This document shows, piece after piece, positions 1 through 10,545 of a DNA stretch of 64,000 bases; the first letter of the stretch is position 1; each line of letters begins with the position of its first letter. Source of the DNA: a virus (taxonomy: Duplodnaviria > Caudoviricetes). A program made the translations under genes and the position numbers. Where the stretch lies: positions 46,259-110,258 of the IMG/VR virus record IMGVR_UViG_3300043077_000173; one strand, given 5' to 3'. The notes under the pieces are model-generated. The model had not been told where the DNA came from. It was given only the letters and a program-made list of their open reading frames with translations, and ran no database searches.

Positions 1-553
1 CCAAATCTTCATGTGTCATACCAAGAGTGCTTGCACTTTGTACTAAACTGTCAAAACCATCTCTTACAAGTACACCACTATGTTCAAGATCTGCATATAT
101 GTTTGCATTTTTGAGGGTGCCCTTCATTTCGTTTACGGCACCGTCCCACGCTTTTGTCGCTAAAACAATAAATTTTTTAAATTTACTATCTGAAACACTA
201 TCAAATTTACCTAATGCTTTTGATATAACATCAGCATTGTTTTTCGCTGTTTGTTGTTGCCTTCTTCTTTCTTCTTTTTCTCTGCGTGTGGCCTCTTTAG
301 CATCACGTTTGTTATCATTTTCTATAGTCTGTTTCGCTATATCATTAGCATTTTTGTTTTGTTTACCAAGTTCTTCTATGATTTTTGTAACTGATTTTGT
401 ATTCTTTCTGTCTAATAATGCTCCCAAGGCCTCTAATAATGGAATTAAGCCGTTAACACTACTAAATCCAACAGATATAGCACCACGCTGTTCAATGTAT
501 GGAATTAAATTTTCCATACCAGTAAGTAAATCTGATGTATCTATATCTGCCAT
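1..553 (-). CDS. N-terminus of a large helical protein running off the left edge, possible tape-measure protein
   Basis: Hand-translated open frame MADIDTSDLLTGMENLIPYIEQRGAISVGF... with AAGG upstream; coiled-coil-like composition; downstream of the chaperone locus. Absent from the ORF track because it is truncated. Confidence 0.55.
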   Translation of the reverse strand, partial: MADIDTSDLLTGMENLIPYIEQRGAISVGFSSVNGLIPLLEALGALLDRKNTKSVTKIIEELGKQNKNANDIAKQTIENDNKRDAKEATRREKEERRRQQQTAKNNADVISKALGKFDSVSDSKFKKFIVLATKAWDGAVNEMKGTLKNANIYADLEHSGVLVRDGFDSLVQSASTLGMTHEDL

Positions 554-569
554 AAAACTTTAACCTTCT

Positions 570-1880
570 TTATGTTCTATTGTGTTGCTTAATTACGTCC
601 CACATTCCTTTCACTTTTGGTGCAAGTTGTCTAAGTGTAGTAAATGTTGGCTCAATATTTAAAATTAAATCAATTATTGGATAATCACCACGACGTGAAA
701 ATGAAACTGCAGAACCTTGTGCTCCTAATATTTTAAATTCAACATCATTAGTTACACTATAATACTCAGAAATTCTCGGATCTGTACGTACAATACCTGT
801 TATCTTTGAATACTCTTTTTCATTCATTACATCCATCTTATACCAGATGCTTAAAATATATGTTCTACATAATCTAGTCAATTTAACGAATTCATCTTTA
901 TTAACATCTTTTGGTATATCCTTCTCAGATGTTTTTTTATTTCGATAATATAAATAGGTGTTAATCATCTTAATAATTGGGGCTAATTTACCAGGTATTA
1001 CTCTAAATTTCAATGTTTGTCTATATCTACTGATAATATTTCCTATCCTTTCATCGTCTATATTAAATGTCATAGGTGCAATTCTAAAACCATCAAGCAT
1101 TAAACCTGCATATGATTTAAAAAGTTGGGTTTTATTAACTTTTTGTTTTAATTTTCCATCAATGATATCTTGATTGTGTTGCATAGTTTTATTTCGTAAA
1201 GTTTCTTCTTGGCTGTCGTTTGAACCATCAGTTTTCTGTTCATCATTTGTTGAATCTTTTCTATCAATCGTTTGAATATCATTTTTTGGGTTTGTTAAAG
1301 CAACATTGCCATATATTCCTAATGCTCTTTGTACAGATTTTGAACATAATTCAACTAAACGTTTTGATAATTTTATAGATTTAGCTATATCAGTCATCAA
1401 TTCTTTATCTTCTAAGCATTCTTTAATTGATGAATAACGTTCACCTCTACCATCATCTGAATCGTCTAATCGATCCGTATTTTTTATCTTTTTATTATTG
1501 TTTTTAGCTTTTTGACCATCTTCAGAAGATTTTATTGGCTCAGCTGACTGAATCGTTTCTATTTTCTCAGCTGCTTGTTGTGAAGTTGGATTTATCATTC
1601 CTAATGGATCAGATAATCCAAGCTCTTTAGCAACAAATATTAATACATCTTCATCCGATTTATTCCTTAATTGATCATAATTGCTGTCAAGTATATTCGA
1701 CACACGATCCCAGTCGGGTACCGCTGTTTTTGTATATATATCTTTAAGGAGTGAAATAGTCTCAGAAGGATTCAGATACAAGTCTCTTTCAACCAATATT
1801 TCAGGATTATTAGCTTTAATAGATTCGTATAAAGCTTCTGTTATAATAAATTCACCATTGTCTGTATATACTTTAATCAT
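570..1880 (-). CDS. hypothetical protein, probably late/virion
   Basis: 436-aa ORF with AGGTG SD; CATAAATA late motif at 1906-1913. Confidence 0.6.
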   Translation of the reverse strand: MIKVYTDNGEFIITEALYESIKANNPEILVERDLYLNPSETISLLKDIYTKTAVPDWDRVSNILDSNYDQLRNKSDEDVLIFVAKELGLSDPLGMINPTSQQAAEKIETIQSAEPIKSSEDGQKAKNNNKKIKNTDRLDDSDDGRGERYSSIKECLEDKELMTDIAKSIKLSKRLVELCSKSVQRALGIYGNVALTNPKNDIQTIDRKDSTNDEQKTDGSNDSQEETLRNKTMQHNQDIIDGKLKQKVNKTQLFKSYAGLMLDGFRIAPMTFNIDDERIGNIISRYRQTLKFRVIPGKLAPIIKMINTYLYYRNKKTSEKDIPKDVNKDEFVKLTRLCRTYILSIWYKMDVMNEKEYSKITGIVRTDPRISEYYSVTNDVEFKILGAQGSAVSFSRRGDYPIIDLILNIEPTFTTLRQLAPKVKGMWDVIKQHNRT

Positions 1881-1937
1881 TATGTCACCTTAAATAATCT
1901 ATGAGTATTTATGAGTAAATGGTTTATCAATTATTCA

Positions 1938-2168
1938 TCAAGCTTTCATTGATTCATTCTTTTCTTCAATAAATTTATTATAAAGCTTTTTAAAAGATTC
2001 ACGAACATTATATGGCAGACTATAAACCTCTGTTAAAGAGACTTTTCCATCAGTCTTTATGCTCAAATCTATTAAAGACTCTTCAAATGTTTTGGCTCTT
2101 TTATATAAGCTTTGAATATATTTGCTTATATCTTCATCAGAAGATTTTAAGAGCCTACTCCGAAAAAA
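1938..2168 (-). CDS. -1 frameshift extension (gpGT/gp51-like) of the upstream chaperone gene
   Basis: Open -1 frame FRSRLLKSSDEDISKY...SLTEVYSLPYNVRESFKKLYNKFIEEKNESMKA*; no ATG until 3 codons before the stop; entered at slippery T TTT TTC (2168-2162). Confidence 0.7.
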   Translation of the reverse strand, partial: FFRSRLLKSSDEDISKYIQSLYKRAKTFEESLIDLSIKTDGKVSLTEVYSLPYNVRESFKKLYNKFIEEKNESMKA

Positions 2169-3079
2169 TCTGATTGGTTAAAACCACTTATTGCAATATC
2201 AAATTCGTGTCCACAGGCTTCACAAGTACATTTTACGGTAGCTGGTAAACCAATATCATTTATTTTACGAATTGTTTTATCAATTTCAGATACATACGTT
2301 GATTGAATATTCGATATAAATTCTAATATATGTTCTTTATTATTAATCGTTGTTTCATCAGGCATTTTAATGTAGCTTATGCTATCTGTAATGATATTAT
2401 TACCAATTTCATTCATTTTTAAATAGCACGAATTCATTGAATCAACAGCGTTCTTTCTTTCTTCGTCAGTTGTTGTATCGTCATAGTTGAAATCTTTTAG
2501 CATATTAATCAATTTCTGCTGATTAAAAATGAGATTAGAATATCTTTCTTTTGTGATCAAATATGTTGGATGAACATATACCGTTAAACCATTGTTCAGT
2601 TCAACCTTATATTCACTATCAAGATAAGTTGTTTGATCCATAATAGAAGAAATGCTATAAGAGGCTTCTTGCTTTCGTGGCATTAGTTTACCTTTTTTTT
2701 CTTCAGCTGCAATCTTTTCTTCATCTCTCAATTCCATCAACCTGTTCTCACACTGTGGGCACATTACCTCAAGAGTAAGTTCATCACCATATGTCGCTTT
2801 TTGAATCGCTAAAAATAAAACATTAGCATCTGGATATAGCAATTTAGACGGATCTTTAATTCCTGGAACACACGATTTAATCATCTGAATATTCGCTTGT
2901 CCTGATAATAGTGCATCAGGATTCATTAGTAAAAGCTCATCTTTTGGAAGCATTGGGTATACTTCTACTTCACCGTTCGGGGTATATTCAATATCACCTT
3001 CTTCATACCAGTTCCCATTAGATGGTAGACGAACACTTAATTCTGCTTTTCTCGCAAATTCCATTAAAGGATTAGCCAT
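2147..3079 (-). CDS. T4 gp26-like baseplate hub / tail assembly chaperone
   Basis: MANPL...RLPSNGNWY...VEVYPM..DELLL.NPDALLSG pattern, CxxC pairs, terminal DFF. Confidence 0.7.
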   Translation of the reverse strand: MANPLMEFARKAELSVRLPSNGNWYEEGDIEYTPNGEVEVYPMLPKDELLLMNPDALLSGQANIQMIKSCVPGIKDPSKLLYPDANVLFLAIQKATYGDELTLEVMCPQCENRLMELRDEEKIAAEEKKGKLMPRKQEASYSISSIMDQTTYLDSEYKVELNNGLTVYVHPTYLITKERYSNLIFNQQKLINMLKDFNYDDTTTDEERKNAVDSMNSCYLKMNEIGNNIITDSISYIKMPDETTINNKEHILEFISNIQSTYVSEIDKTIRKINDIGLPATVKCTCEACGHEFDIAISGFNQSDFFGVGS

Positions 3080-3117
3080 ATTATCTCCTTACAATTCTCT
3101 ATTTTTCGAGTATTTTA

Positions 3118-6100
3118 CTATACGTTTTCAAAATATTCAATAATTTTTTCGATAACAATTCTCGCTTCTTGTTCAATATATTCGTATTTTGTCATACCGT
3201 CTATGAAAATACTTTTATCAGCAATCATTTCTTCATCGTCTATATATGAATACATCCTATCATTGAGTTTAATAGCACCATCTTCCAAACCAACTTCGCT
3301 AAAAATTGGAACGCCAGCTTCTGTACCCATATATTGATGTAAGCTCCATTTGCCATAATTGTCATAGTATTTAATATAAGAATCTAATACCATATCATGT
3401 GTAAGAACATACTCTTTCATCTCCGCTTCAGAGTCAAACGTATATTCCGGCTGGATCAATTTAGTTTCATCATCTTTGTAAAGGTCTGAATACGTCCAAT
3501 AATTTTGTACGTTGTATGTCTGATACTGTTTAAGCTCAAAATTACCAAATGATGTAATCGTCCACAGCGTCCAAATATTATCATATTCTTCATCAGATTC
3601 TACTAAAACAGTTTTTCCAACCAATTCATTATCCCTTGATTGAGCCATATCTCTATGAGTAGCAAAAGCATAGTCATATTCAGGTATTTCTTCGCTGTCT
3701 AAGAAGGTCGCTTCAAATTCATTAGTACCAACGTCAATAGAAGTTGTGATATCCCTTGTAGAGAAAATATTATTACAAATATCAACAAAGTTTCTTCTAG
3801 CTAATGCCAAATCTTTGAACATGGTTTGGCGTGGTCTTATTTGTAAGCCTAATTGATTCCTCTCGTCTATTGTTGGATCTGGAACGGCTTGTCCTAATGA
3901 GTCAACACCGAGCAAGCTATCCTGCATTTTGCTCCACAAGACGTCTGGAATTTCATCGTCATCACCTTCTCTGACCAATAGCCATTCAGTATGGTTGTTA
4001 AGATCTTGCTGTTTCTTAAAGTTTAGCTGAATAACAAAATCACTACCAGTCGTTACTTGATCAAAATTGCATAGAATGAACGTATTCACTTTATCAACGT
4101 TGTCTGAAATATCAATTGGAGCAAACCATGTAACACCCAATGATGTTGGATCATTGATAATTGAAGAAATCTCAAAAGCGGCTGTTGATCTAAAGTCTAC
4201 ATCAGGAATTTCTGTCGGATTCTTTGTCCAATAATAGTAATAGTCTTCATATGAAGCTGTACTTGAATTCCAAACCTCTTTATGAACATACTTGGTTACA
4301 TCTGACGGCAACGTTGGAGATTTTACCCATTCCATGATAGCAATTTCAGATCCAGGAAGTTGTTTACCCCAGTTATCTCGTTTGTAGTTGATATCCCCTT
4401 GATGATAATCCAAATATCTTACTTTTGATGTATCCCACCATAGATAACCAATCCTCGAATCACCCCATTTGTAATAATCATTATAATCATCTACAGGATC
4501 ATATGAAGTAATATAGTTGACCTCGTCTAATACATCGTTTGGAACAACGTTTAATAAAGGATCATATGGATATATTTCGGTCAATGATTCATTTGTATCA
4601 TCATTTACGATAAAACTATGAGCTAAAGTTTTTGCATCAATGATTGCGGTCTGGACTCTATATAAATCGTATACACCATCATTGTATTGCAATATACACC
4701 AAGCATTTTTATCAACGATTGACTGTGAATCGTCGGCTAAATGCTTTGAATCAGATATTTCAGATAAATGATTTAATAAAACGTCTTTAACAACAACGAT
4801 TATATCACCATTCGATAAAACGTCTTTGTCAAAACTTTCCAATGATTTAAAATCGTCTACTTTCAACGATATATAATCATCTTCACCAAGTTTTTTGTAA
4901 ACGTTCCAGTCATATTCGTTAGATCGTACTACCCAAATCGTTTCACCAACAGCCATATAATCCTTATACTCTTCAAAAGAATCTACATCAGCAACTGTAT
5001 AGTCTACATCGTTTACCTGCAAAAATCCACCTAAAGGATTCATAACAGTTCCGCCAGTTTCAAACTTATTGAAATCCTTTCCTTCAATTTTTCTTAACCA
5101 ACGATTATTAGACCAGTCTATATCAATGATTGATTCATTAGTATTTGTTGAAACGCCTGTATTAAACGATATGATTTGAGGATTTTGAGTAACCTTATTA
5201 GCTGGAATATTCAACTCAATCATTGAGCTATTTTTTGTATAGCCAAAATCAGCTATTTTAAAAGCCCAGTTATCATACAAATCAATTTTTGAATCGTTTG
5301 AACTCATAACGTATGATGAACGGTTTAACTTACCGAATGAACGTTTTGTTCCTTTCTCTTTTAATAACCCTTTATAGAAATCAAAGAGGTTTCTATCGGT
5401 TAATAGCAAGTTTTCCATTGTTGTGGTTTTCTGATAGCCAATAGTCTTTTTAGCCATTTCACGAAAATCACCATATGAATGAATGTCATCCGTATCATAG
5501 ATGTAGTTGAAATCATCAGCTAGCTTATCAAAGTTTGCTACAGCTCCATCTTTTTGTACCAAATATCCTGGAGCTAATAATGTTCCATCCCAACCATTTG
5601 CTCCAATAGCATTTATCTTAAAGCGTTGTGTCTTAATGCATAGTAATGGATCGTATAAAACTTCTCCATAAATGGTTTCATTATCAAATAGTATACAATG
5701 CTCATATTCAATAGTGTTTACTCTTAAAGCAGCCATAATAGACGTTTTTGTTGAAATATCCGTATAGCCACTATGTCTATAAACCTGTAAATCATTGTTA
5801 TAAATCGGTTTACCAGCTGTTCCTAATACTGTCCAAACACCATTCAACTGTTTTCCAACAATATCAAGCATTCCAGAATGTTTTATTCTTACTTCAGAGG
5901 CAAATGGGTTCAATATAATGATAGAATCAACTGAAGGCGAAACACTTGTCCACTTCAAAAAGTCTTCTGCTTTCATTCTAAAGTCAATAACTACACCATC
6001 ATTGTTCATCGTGATGTAATCCCAACCTTCATCCTCAAGATATTCTCCATAACCGCAAATTATTTCAAATAATTCTTGAACAGATGTGTAAACAGTCTTG

Positions 6101-9100
6101 TAGTTAACCCTTTTAGTATCATCTAACCAAACGTTATAATAGGTAACGTTTTTCCCATTGATTTCAACAGGGGTTTTCTTTTTGTTTTTATTCGGTAATT
6201 TAACGGTAAAATATGGCTCAGTAGAATTATAGCCATCAATCACATACCCCTTTTCAACCTTTCTGATCATTATCGCAGAATATGATAAAATCTTTGAGGT
6301 CTTAGATTTGTACATATTGATAGAATAATTGTTATCAGGTATTATACCATAATTATCTGATTTAACTACCAGTGATCCTTTTTTATAGTATCCACCACAC
6401 CGATAGAATAAACGGATATCAATACTTCTGAAAGGATCTCCTAAATTCTCTGTAATGCCAAGATTTTGTCTTACCAAATAATCGGAAATCCATTGCTGTA
6501 CACCTGTTTTTTGAATATACTCATCATCAATAAGCTCATTGTGAAAGTATTCTTCATCATTCGTCGATCTTTCATAAGTATCTGAGTGAATTAGCTGTTC
6601 ATAATCCGTTCCTTTGAATAGATATTCTTTTCCTAATGTTTCCCAATTCTCCTCAATCCATTCCACTGGCTTCATAAGATACAGAATCGTCTGAATTGCA
6701 TAGCGATATTCAGATGTGAACATCCAAGCAAGCTCCACATTACCCATATCACCGCTTTCCCAATCTTTAGAAGCATAGAATGCAATCGGAGCTTTTTCAA
6801 CAATACCAATCTGATAAGGTGTTTTCAAATTACCTTGCTCATCAACTGGTAAGAACCTTTCAACAAGACCAGCTCTCTTAAATTCTTCATGAGTACCAAC
6901 GTTTACACCGTCAGCAATGTATCCATTCTCAAGATCTCTCCACATAGGAATGTTGTTTGACGTATATGGGGCTTTACCATAGTGAGATTCCCACCAAGAT
7001 GGCTTCTGTCCAAAGCCTAACATCTCCCACGGATGTGTATGTGGTCTGTATGTGTCATAATAGTACATATAAACCGACTTATATGAACCATATAATTGTT
7101 GTCCGTCAACGTCTTCACAAGTAGAATAGTTATAGGTTAATGGATCACTTACAGAAAAGTTTGTATTAGAAGCATATGAATAACCATTATCAGCACACCA
7201 TTGTTCAAAGAATGCTTTAATATGGTTTCTGTATTCTTCATAAGAGTAATCTGTTGTTCTAAACTTTCCAGGAATAATGGTGTATTTGTTAAAATCTGGA
7301 ACTTCTTTAAAAGTTGCTGGAATCGAGTTATAAATCTGCCGTTCCATTTCAAGCAATGCACTATCACGATAATCCCCAAACAAAATCTGATAAGATCCAT
7401 CGTGACATAGTAAAACTGTCGCCTTTCCATCTTCATCATCAACAGTTGTTATCTTAGGCTCGTAGCAAAGATCAAGACCAAGATATGCAGGAGTAGCAGG
7501 AATATAACATTCACCAAGTGTTGAGCATACACCATTGTTATAAAATGGTGATATTCCTTCTTTACCAATATTCATTTTTGATAAAGCAGTTGTAATAACA
7601 GTGTATAAGTCCGTACTTTCCGTATATTCATTAGTCTTTGACATAGACTCAATAACATTTCTGAACTTGGCTTTAAACTTAACATATTCAGAAGATACAT
7701 AAGAAATAGCATTTCGAACGCTTGTTTCATCTTTAGCGTTTAAAAGCATTGCTTTAAGTATTTGATGAGAATGTTGGATAATATTAGTACCTAATGAAAT
7801 ATCCTGTTTAGTATCAATGTAGTTGTTATTTCCAGAACTATTTCCAGTAAATCCTTTTTGATTACTTATAACAGACGTTAATTGATCAAAGCATTCATTA
7901 TATTTGATTTCGGTAATATTTTTATTTAAAGGATTTGCTGTCAATGCTAATGGAAGATCATAAAAATATCCATCTGCAAGTGTTCCTTCAATCTTGTTTT
8001 TCAATAGTTTAACATATATGTAGTCTTCAATATCCAATGAACTATCATCGTCAAAGATTTTCAACACTTTACCATCAATGACATAATCATTTCCATCATT
8101 TAACAATGATCCGTTCAAGTATACCAATGATGATTGACAATATTCCGATTCATCAGGTTCATAAGCTAGATCAAGCTCAATATACTGCCGTTCAACATCA
8201 TCAATCTCACCTTTTACATAATCAATACTGTCAAGCTTTATCTCTGTCGTAATATAGGTATCATTAATGTTTGACGATAAATGCCAATCACTTAAATAAT
8301 CACCACTACCGTTTATTCTAACAAATTTATAGCCTTTAATCGTTTCGGTTTCATTATAATTCAAGTATGTATAATCAACAGTGTTTAAAAGGTTTTCAAA
8401 AATATAGTTTCCATAACCACTTACTAATAATCTTTTATCTAAGTCTTCATCAATTGTTGCTGTTTCATCATCAGTTGTTTTGTAATCAAATAATTTACTA
8501 CCTTTAAACGATGATTGTGAATAATAAAGCTTGTTGTCTAATGCAATACCGTCTTTATCAAATAATTTAAACAAGGGGGATTGGTTTACATCAGTTTTTT
8601 GCTGTCCTTCTACCCAATTTGTTCCGTCAAAATAAAAATAAGTATTTGCATAATCGCCACTTATAACGTTTACACCTTCGCCTTCAACAGCAATACCCTG
8701 TGGGGATAAACCATTTACAACAGGCTGTAACATAATCGTTTTAATAGTGTTTTTACCAGATACTTCATAAATTTTGTTATCGTTTAACTCATTAGTATCC
8801 CCTGAAATAAGAATTCTATCACCATCTTCTAATTCTCTAACACCTTGAAATAATGAATTAAATGATTTACCGTGAATATCACTCTTTTTGCCATTGTAAT
8901 AAAAGTTTACATAACCACGATCAGATGTACCATGATTATATAACTCCATATCTTTCTTAAAGCATAAAATAGGCTTTTTAGCTTGAGTGACGTTAATACT
9001 GCTATCACCATTAGCTATAATTGAACGATGGAACCAACGGTTTCTTTTAGACCATTTGTTTCCATCTATACACCCACGTTCCATCACATAATAGTCTGGA

Positions 9101-9756
9101 ATCGTATTAGTGTCAGAGGCTTCACTATCATCAATTAAAATGATTGAAGAACCTACTCCTTCAACGATATACACAATGTTGTTATATTCTTCATTCACAT
9201 CATTTAACAACATTATTCTCATACCACTTGACAAAACCGTTTCAGATTCTTCATCAACGTACGTATAAGACGATTTACCAATTATATCGTTTTTAACATC
9301 GGTTTGAGCAGAGAATTTACAAACGGTTGGACCTTCCTCCACCCAATAATAATAGTTATAGTTGACAAACATATCAACGTTTATTAAAGGACACCATGAC
9401 CAATATTTTCCACCAATAATTCTCGCTAAATCATTTGTATCAACACCCTGTAACTTTAAATCATTTATGAAATTGCTATAGTCAACAATGGTATCAACAT
9501 TATTATCTTCATCCGTTGTAATTAAAGCAGGCGTTAATTGATAATTCTGTCTTTCATCAGTAGATTCTTCAACATAATAGTCCCCATCTTCCATCGCAAC
9601 AGACTTTTTACCAATATAGCCATTAATCTCTTTCTCACTAGCTTGTTGAAAGAAATGATTCATGATATAATCAATAAATTGTCCGATTAAAGCTCTACTT
9701 GTAAATTCTTTAGGGAAAATCTCTTTTAAATCTCTTTTAACTACATACTTTACCAT
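3118..9756 (-). CDS. giant virion structural (baseplate-associated) protein, 2212 aa
   Basis: Motifs recalled from jumbo myophage structural proteins (DMFVNYNYYYW, YDTYRPHTHPWEMLGF, WWDTSKVRY, LGLQIRPRQTMF); late motif at 9788-9795. Confidence 0.65.
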   Translation of the reverse strand: MVKYVVKRDLKEIFPKEFTSRALIGQFIDYIMNHFFQQASEKEINGYIGKKSVAMEDGDYYVEESTDERQNYQLTPALITTDEDNNVDTIVDYSNFINDLKLQGVDTNDLARIIGGKYWSWCPLINVDMFVNYNYYYWVEEGPTVCKFSAQTDVKNDIIGKSSYTYVDEESETVLSSGMRIMLLNDVNEEYNNIVYIVEGVGSSIILIDDSEASDTNTIPDYYVMERGCIDGNKWSKRNRWFHRSIIANGDSSINVTQAKKPILCFKKDMELYNHGTSDRGYVNFYYNGKKSDIHGKSFNSLFQGVRELEDGDRILISGDTNELNDNKIYEVSGKNTIKTIMLQPVVNGLSPQGIAVEGEGVNVISGDYANTYFYFDGTNWVEGQQKTDVNQSPLFKLFDKDGIALDNKLYYSQSSFKGSKLFDYKTTDDETATIDEDLDKRLLVSGYGNYIFENLLNTVDYTYLNYNETETIKGYKFVRINGSGDYLSDWHLSSNINDTYITTEIKLDSIDYVKGEIDDVERQYIELDLAYEPDESEYCQSSLVYLNGSLLNDGNDYVIDGKVLKIFDDDSSLDIEDYIYVKLLKNKIEGTLADGYFYDLPLALTANPLNKNITEIKYNECFDQLTSVISNQKGFTGNSSGNNNYIDTKQDISLGTNIIQHSHQILKAMLLNAKDETSVRNAISYVSSEYVKFKAKFRNVIESMSKTNEYTESTDLYTVITTALSKMNIGKEGISPFYNNGVCSTLGECYIPATPAYLGLDLCYEPKITTVDDEDGKATVLLCHDGSYQILFGDYRDSALLEMERQIYNSIPATFKEVPDFNKYTIIPGKFRTTDYSYEEYRNHIKAFFEQWCADNGYSYASNTNFSVSDPLTYNYSTCEDVDGQQLYGSYKSVYMYYYDTYRPHTHPWEMLGFGQKPSWWESHYGKAPYTSNNIPMWRDLENGYIADGVNVGTHEEFKRAGLVERFLPVDEQGNLKTPYQIGIVEKAPIAFYASKDWESGDMGNVELAWMFTSEYRYAIQTILYLMKPVEWIEENWETLGKEYLFKGTDYEQLIHSDTYERSTNDEEYFHNELIDDEYIQKTGVQQWISDYLVRQNLGITENLGDPFRSIDIRLFYRCGGYYKKGSLVVKSDNYGIIPDNNYSINMYKSKTSKILSYSAIMIRKVEKGYVIDGYNSTEPYFTVKLPNKNKKKTPVEINGKNVTYYNVWLDDTKRVNYKTVYTSVQELFEIICGYGEYLEDEGWDYITMNNDGVVIDFRMKAEDFLKWTSVSPSVDSIIILNPFASEVRIKHSGMLDIVGKQLNGVWTVLGTAGKPIYNNDLQVYRHSGYTDISTKTSIMAALRVNTIEYEHCILFDNETIYGEVLYDPLLCIKTQRFKINAIGANGWDGTLLAPGYLVQKDGAVANFDKLADDFNYIYDTDDIHSYGDFREMAKKTIGYQKTTTMENLLLTDRNLFDFYKGLLKEKGTKRSFGKLNRSSYVMSSNDSKIDLYDNWAFKIADFGYTKNSSMIELNIPANKVTQNPQIISFNTGVSTNTNESIIDIDWSNNRWLRKIEGKDFNKFETGGTVMNPLGGFLQVNDVDYTVADVDSFEEYKDYMAVGETIWVVRSNEYDWNVYKKLGEDDYISLKVDDFKSLESFDKDVLSNGDIIVVVKDVLLNHLSEISDSKHLADDSQSIVDKNAWCILQYNDGVYDLYRVQTAIIDAKTLAHSFIVNDDTNESLTEIYPYDPLLNVVPNDVLDEVNYITSYDPVDDYNDYYKWGDSRIGYLWWDTSKVRYLDYHQGDINYKRDNWGKQLPGSEIAIMEWVKSPTLPSDVTKYVHKEVWNSSTASYEDYYYYWTKNPTEIPDVDFRSTAAFEISSIINDPTSLGVTWFAPIDISDNVDKVNTFILCNFDQVTTGSDFVIQLNFKKQQDLNNHTEWLLVREGDDDEIPDVLWSKMQDSLLGVDSLGQAVPDPTIDERNQLGLQIRPRQTMFKDLALARRNFVDICNNIFSTRDITTSIDVGTNEFEATFLDSEEIPEYDYAFATHRDMAQSRDNELVGKTVLVESDEEYDNIWTLWTITSFGNFELKQYQTYNVQNYWTYSDLYKDDETKLIQPEYTFDSEAEMKEYVLTHDMVLDSYIKYYDNYGKWSLHQYMGTEAGVPIFSEVGLEDGAIKLNDRMYSYIDDEEMIADKSIFIDGMTKYEYIEQEARIVIEKIIEYFENV

Positions 9757-9894
9757 TGATGTTGGTTCCTTAAAACATTACTGTGAGTATTTATTAGAAG
9801 ATTTTTAGAGATTTTATGTAGAAGATATCCAATAAATATTGTTAGAGTTAGATGATAATAAATAATCATATAAGTTAAAATATTGGAGATAAAA

Positions 9895-10497
9895 ATGGAT
9901 TATGTAAACACTTTATCAAAGTTTGGCGTAAAGCTTGCTGATAGAAATCAACGAGTAAAGTTTCCCAAATTAAAAACTCGTTATAAAGTATTGTTTGAAG
10001 GCTTTGCTGCACCACTTGGCGGTGATAACATCTCTATGGATATGAAAACATACAGCGTTCCTAAAGGGGAATTCGAAGACAAGACAATTGAAATGGTAAA
10101 TGGTGATATCCATTATCCTGGAAAATGGACTTGGGCTGCTTGTGATTTCACAGTCTATGATTCTTATGACAATGCCAACTACAAAGAATTATATCGTCAA
10201 ATTCAGTTACAACGTGATTTATCAGAACAAGTTACTGGTACAGTTGCTCAAAACTACAAATATGTCAGTAAATTCTGTAACACCGACGGTCACCAAAATG
10301 TTATCTGCACTTGGGTAATGGAGGGTTGTTGGTTACAAAAAGCTCAACCTGAAGATGGTGCTAACGGCGATCACGAAGCTCAAGTAATCAATTGCACGCA
10401 AGTCTTTGATAATTGTTGTCTTTATGATTGTGACGGTACGCTTATTACTGGTGATGGAGCAATTTCAACTATGATGGAAAAAGTTTTGGCTTTCTAA
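9895..10497 (+). CDS. tail tube protein (gp19-like)
   Basis: PKLKTRYKVLF, HYPGKWTW, TWVMEGCW pattern; GGAGA SD supports ATG at 9895; late motif 9831-9838. Confidence 0.75.
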   Translation: MDYVNTLSKFGVKLADRNQRVKFPKLKTRYKVLFEGFAAPLGGDNISMDMKTYSVPKGEFEDKTIEMVNGDIHYPGKWTWAACDFTVYDSYDNANYKELYRQIQLQRDLSEQVTGTVAQNYKYVSKFCNTDGHQNVICTWVMEGCWLQKAQPEDGANGDHEAQVINCTQVFDNCCLYDCDGTLITGDGAISTMMEKVLAF

Positions 10498-10517
10498 TTC
10501 GTTTATCTCAAAAATCA

Positions 10518-10545
10518 AAAAAGAGCCTCATTAGAGGCTCTTTTA
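10518..10545. terminator. bidirectional intrinsic terminator
   Basis: aaaaagagcctc-atta-gaggctctttt between convergent genes. Confidence 0.8.

Noticed and set aside
27-563. 178-aa + strand ORF
   Set aside because: Shadow of the real - strand gene starting at 553, which has an SD and phage-like composition.
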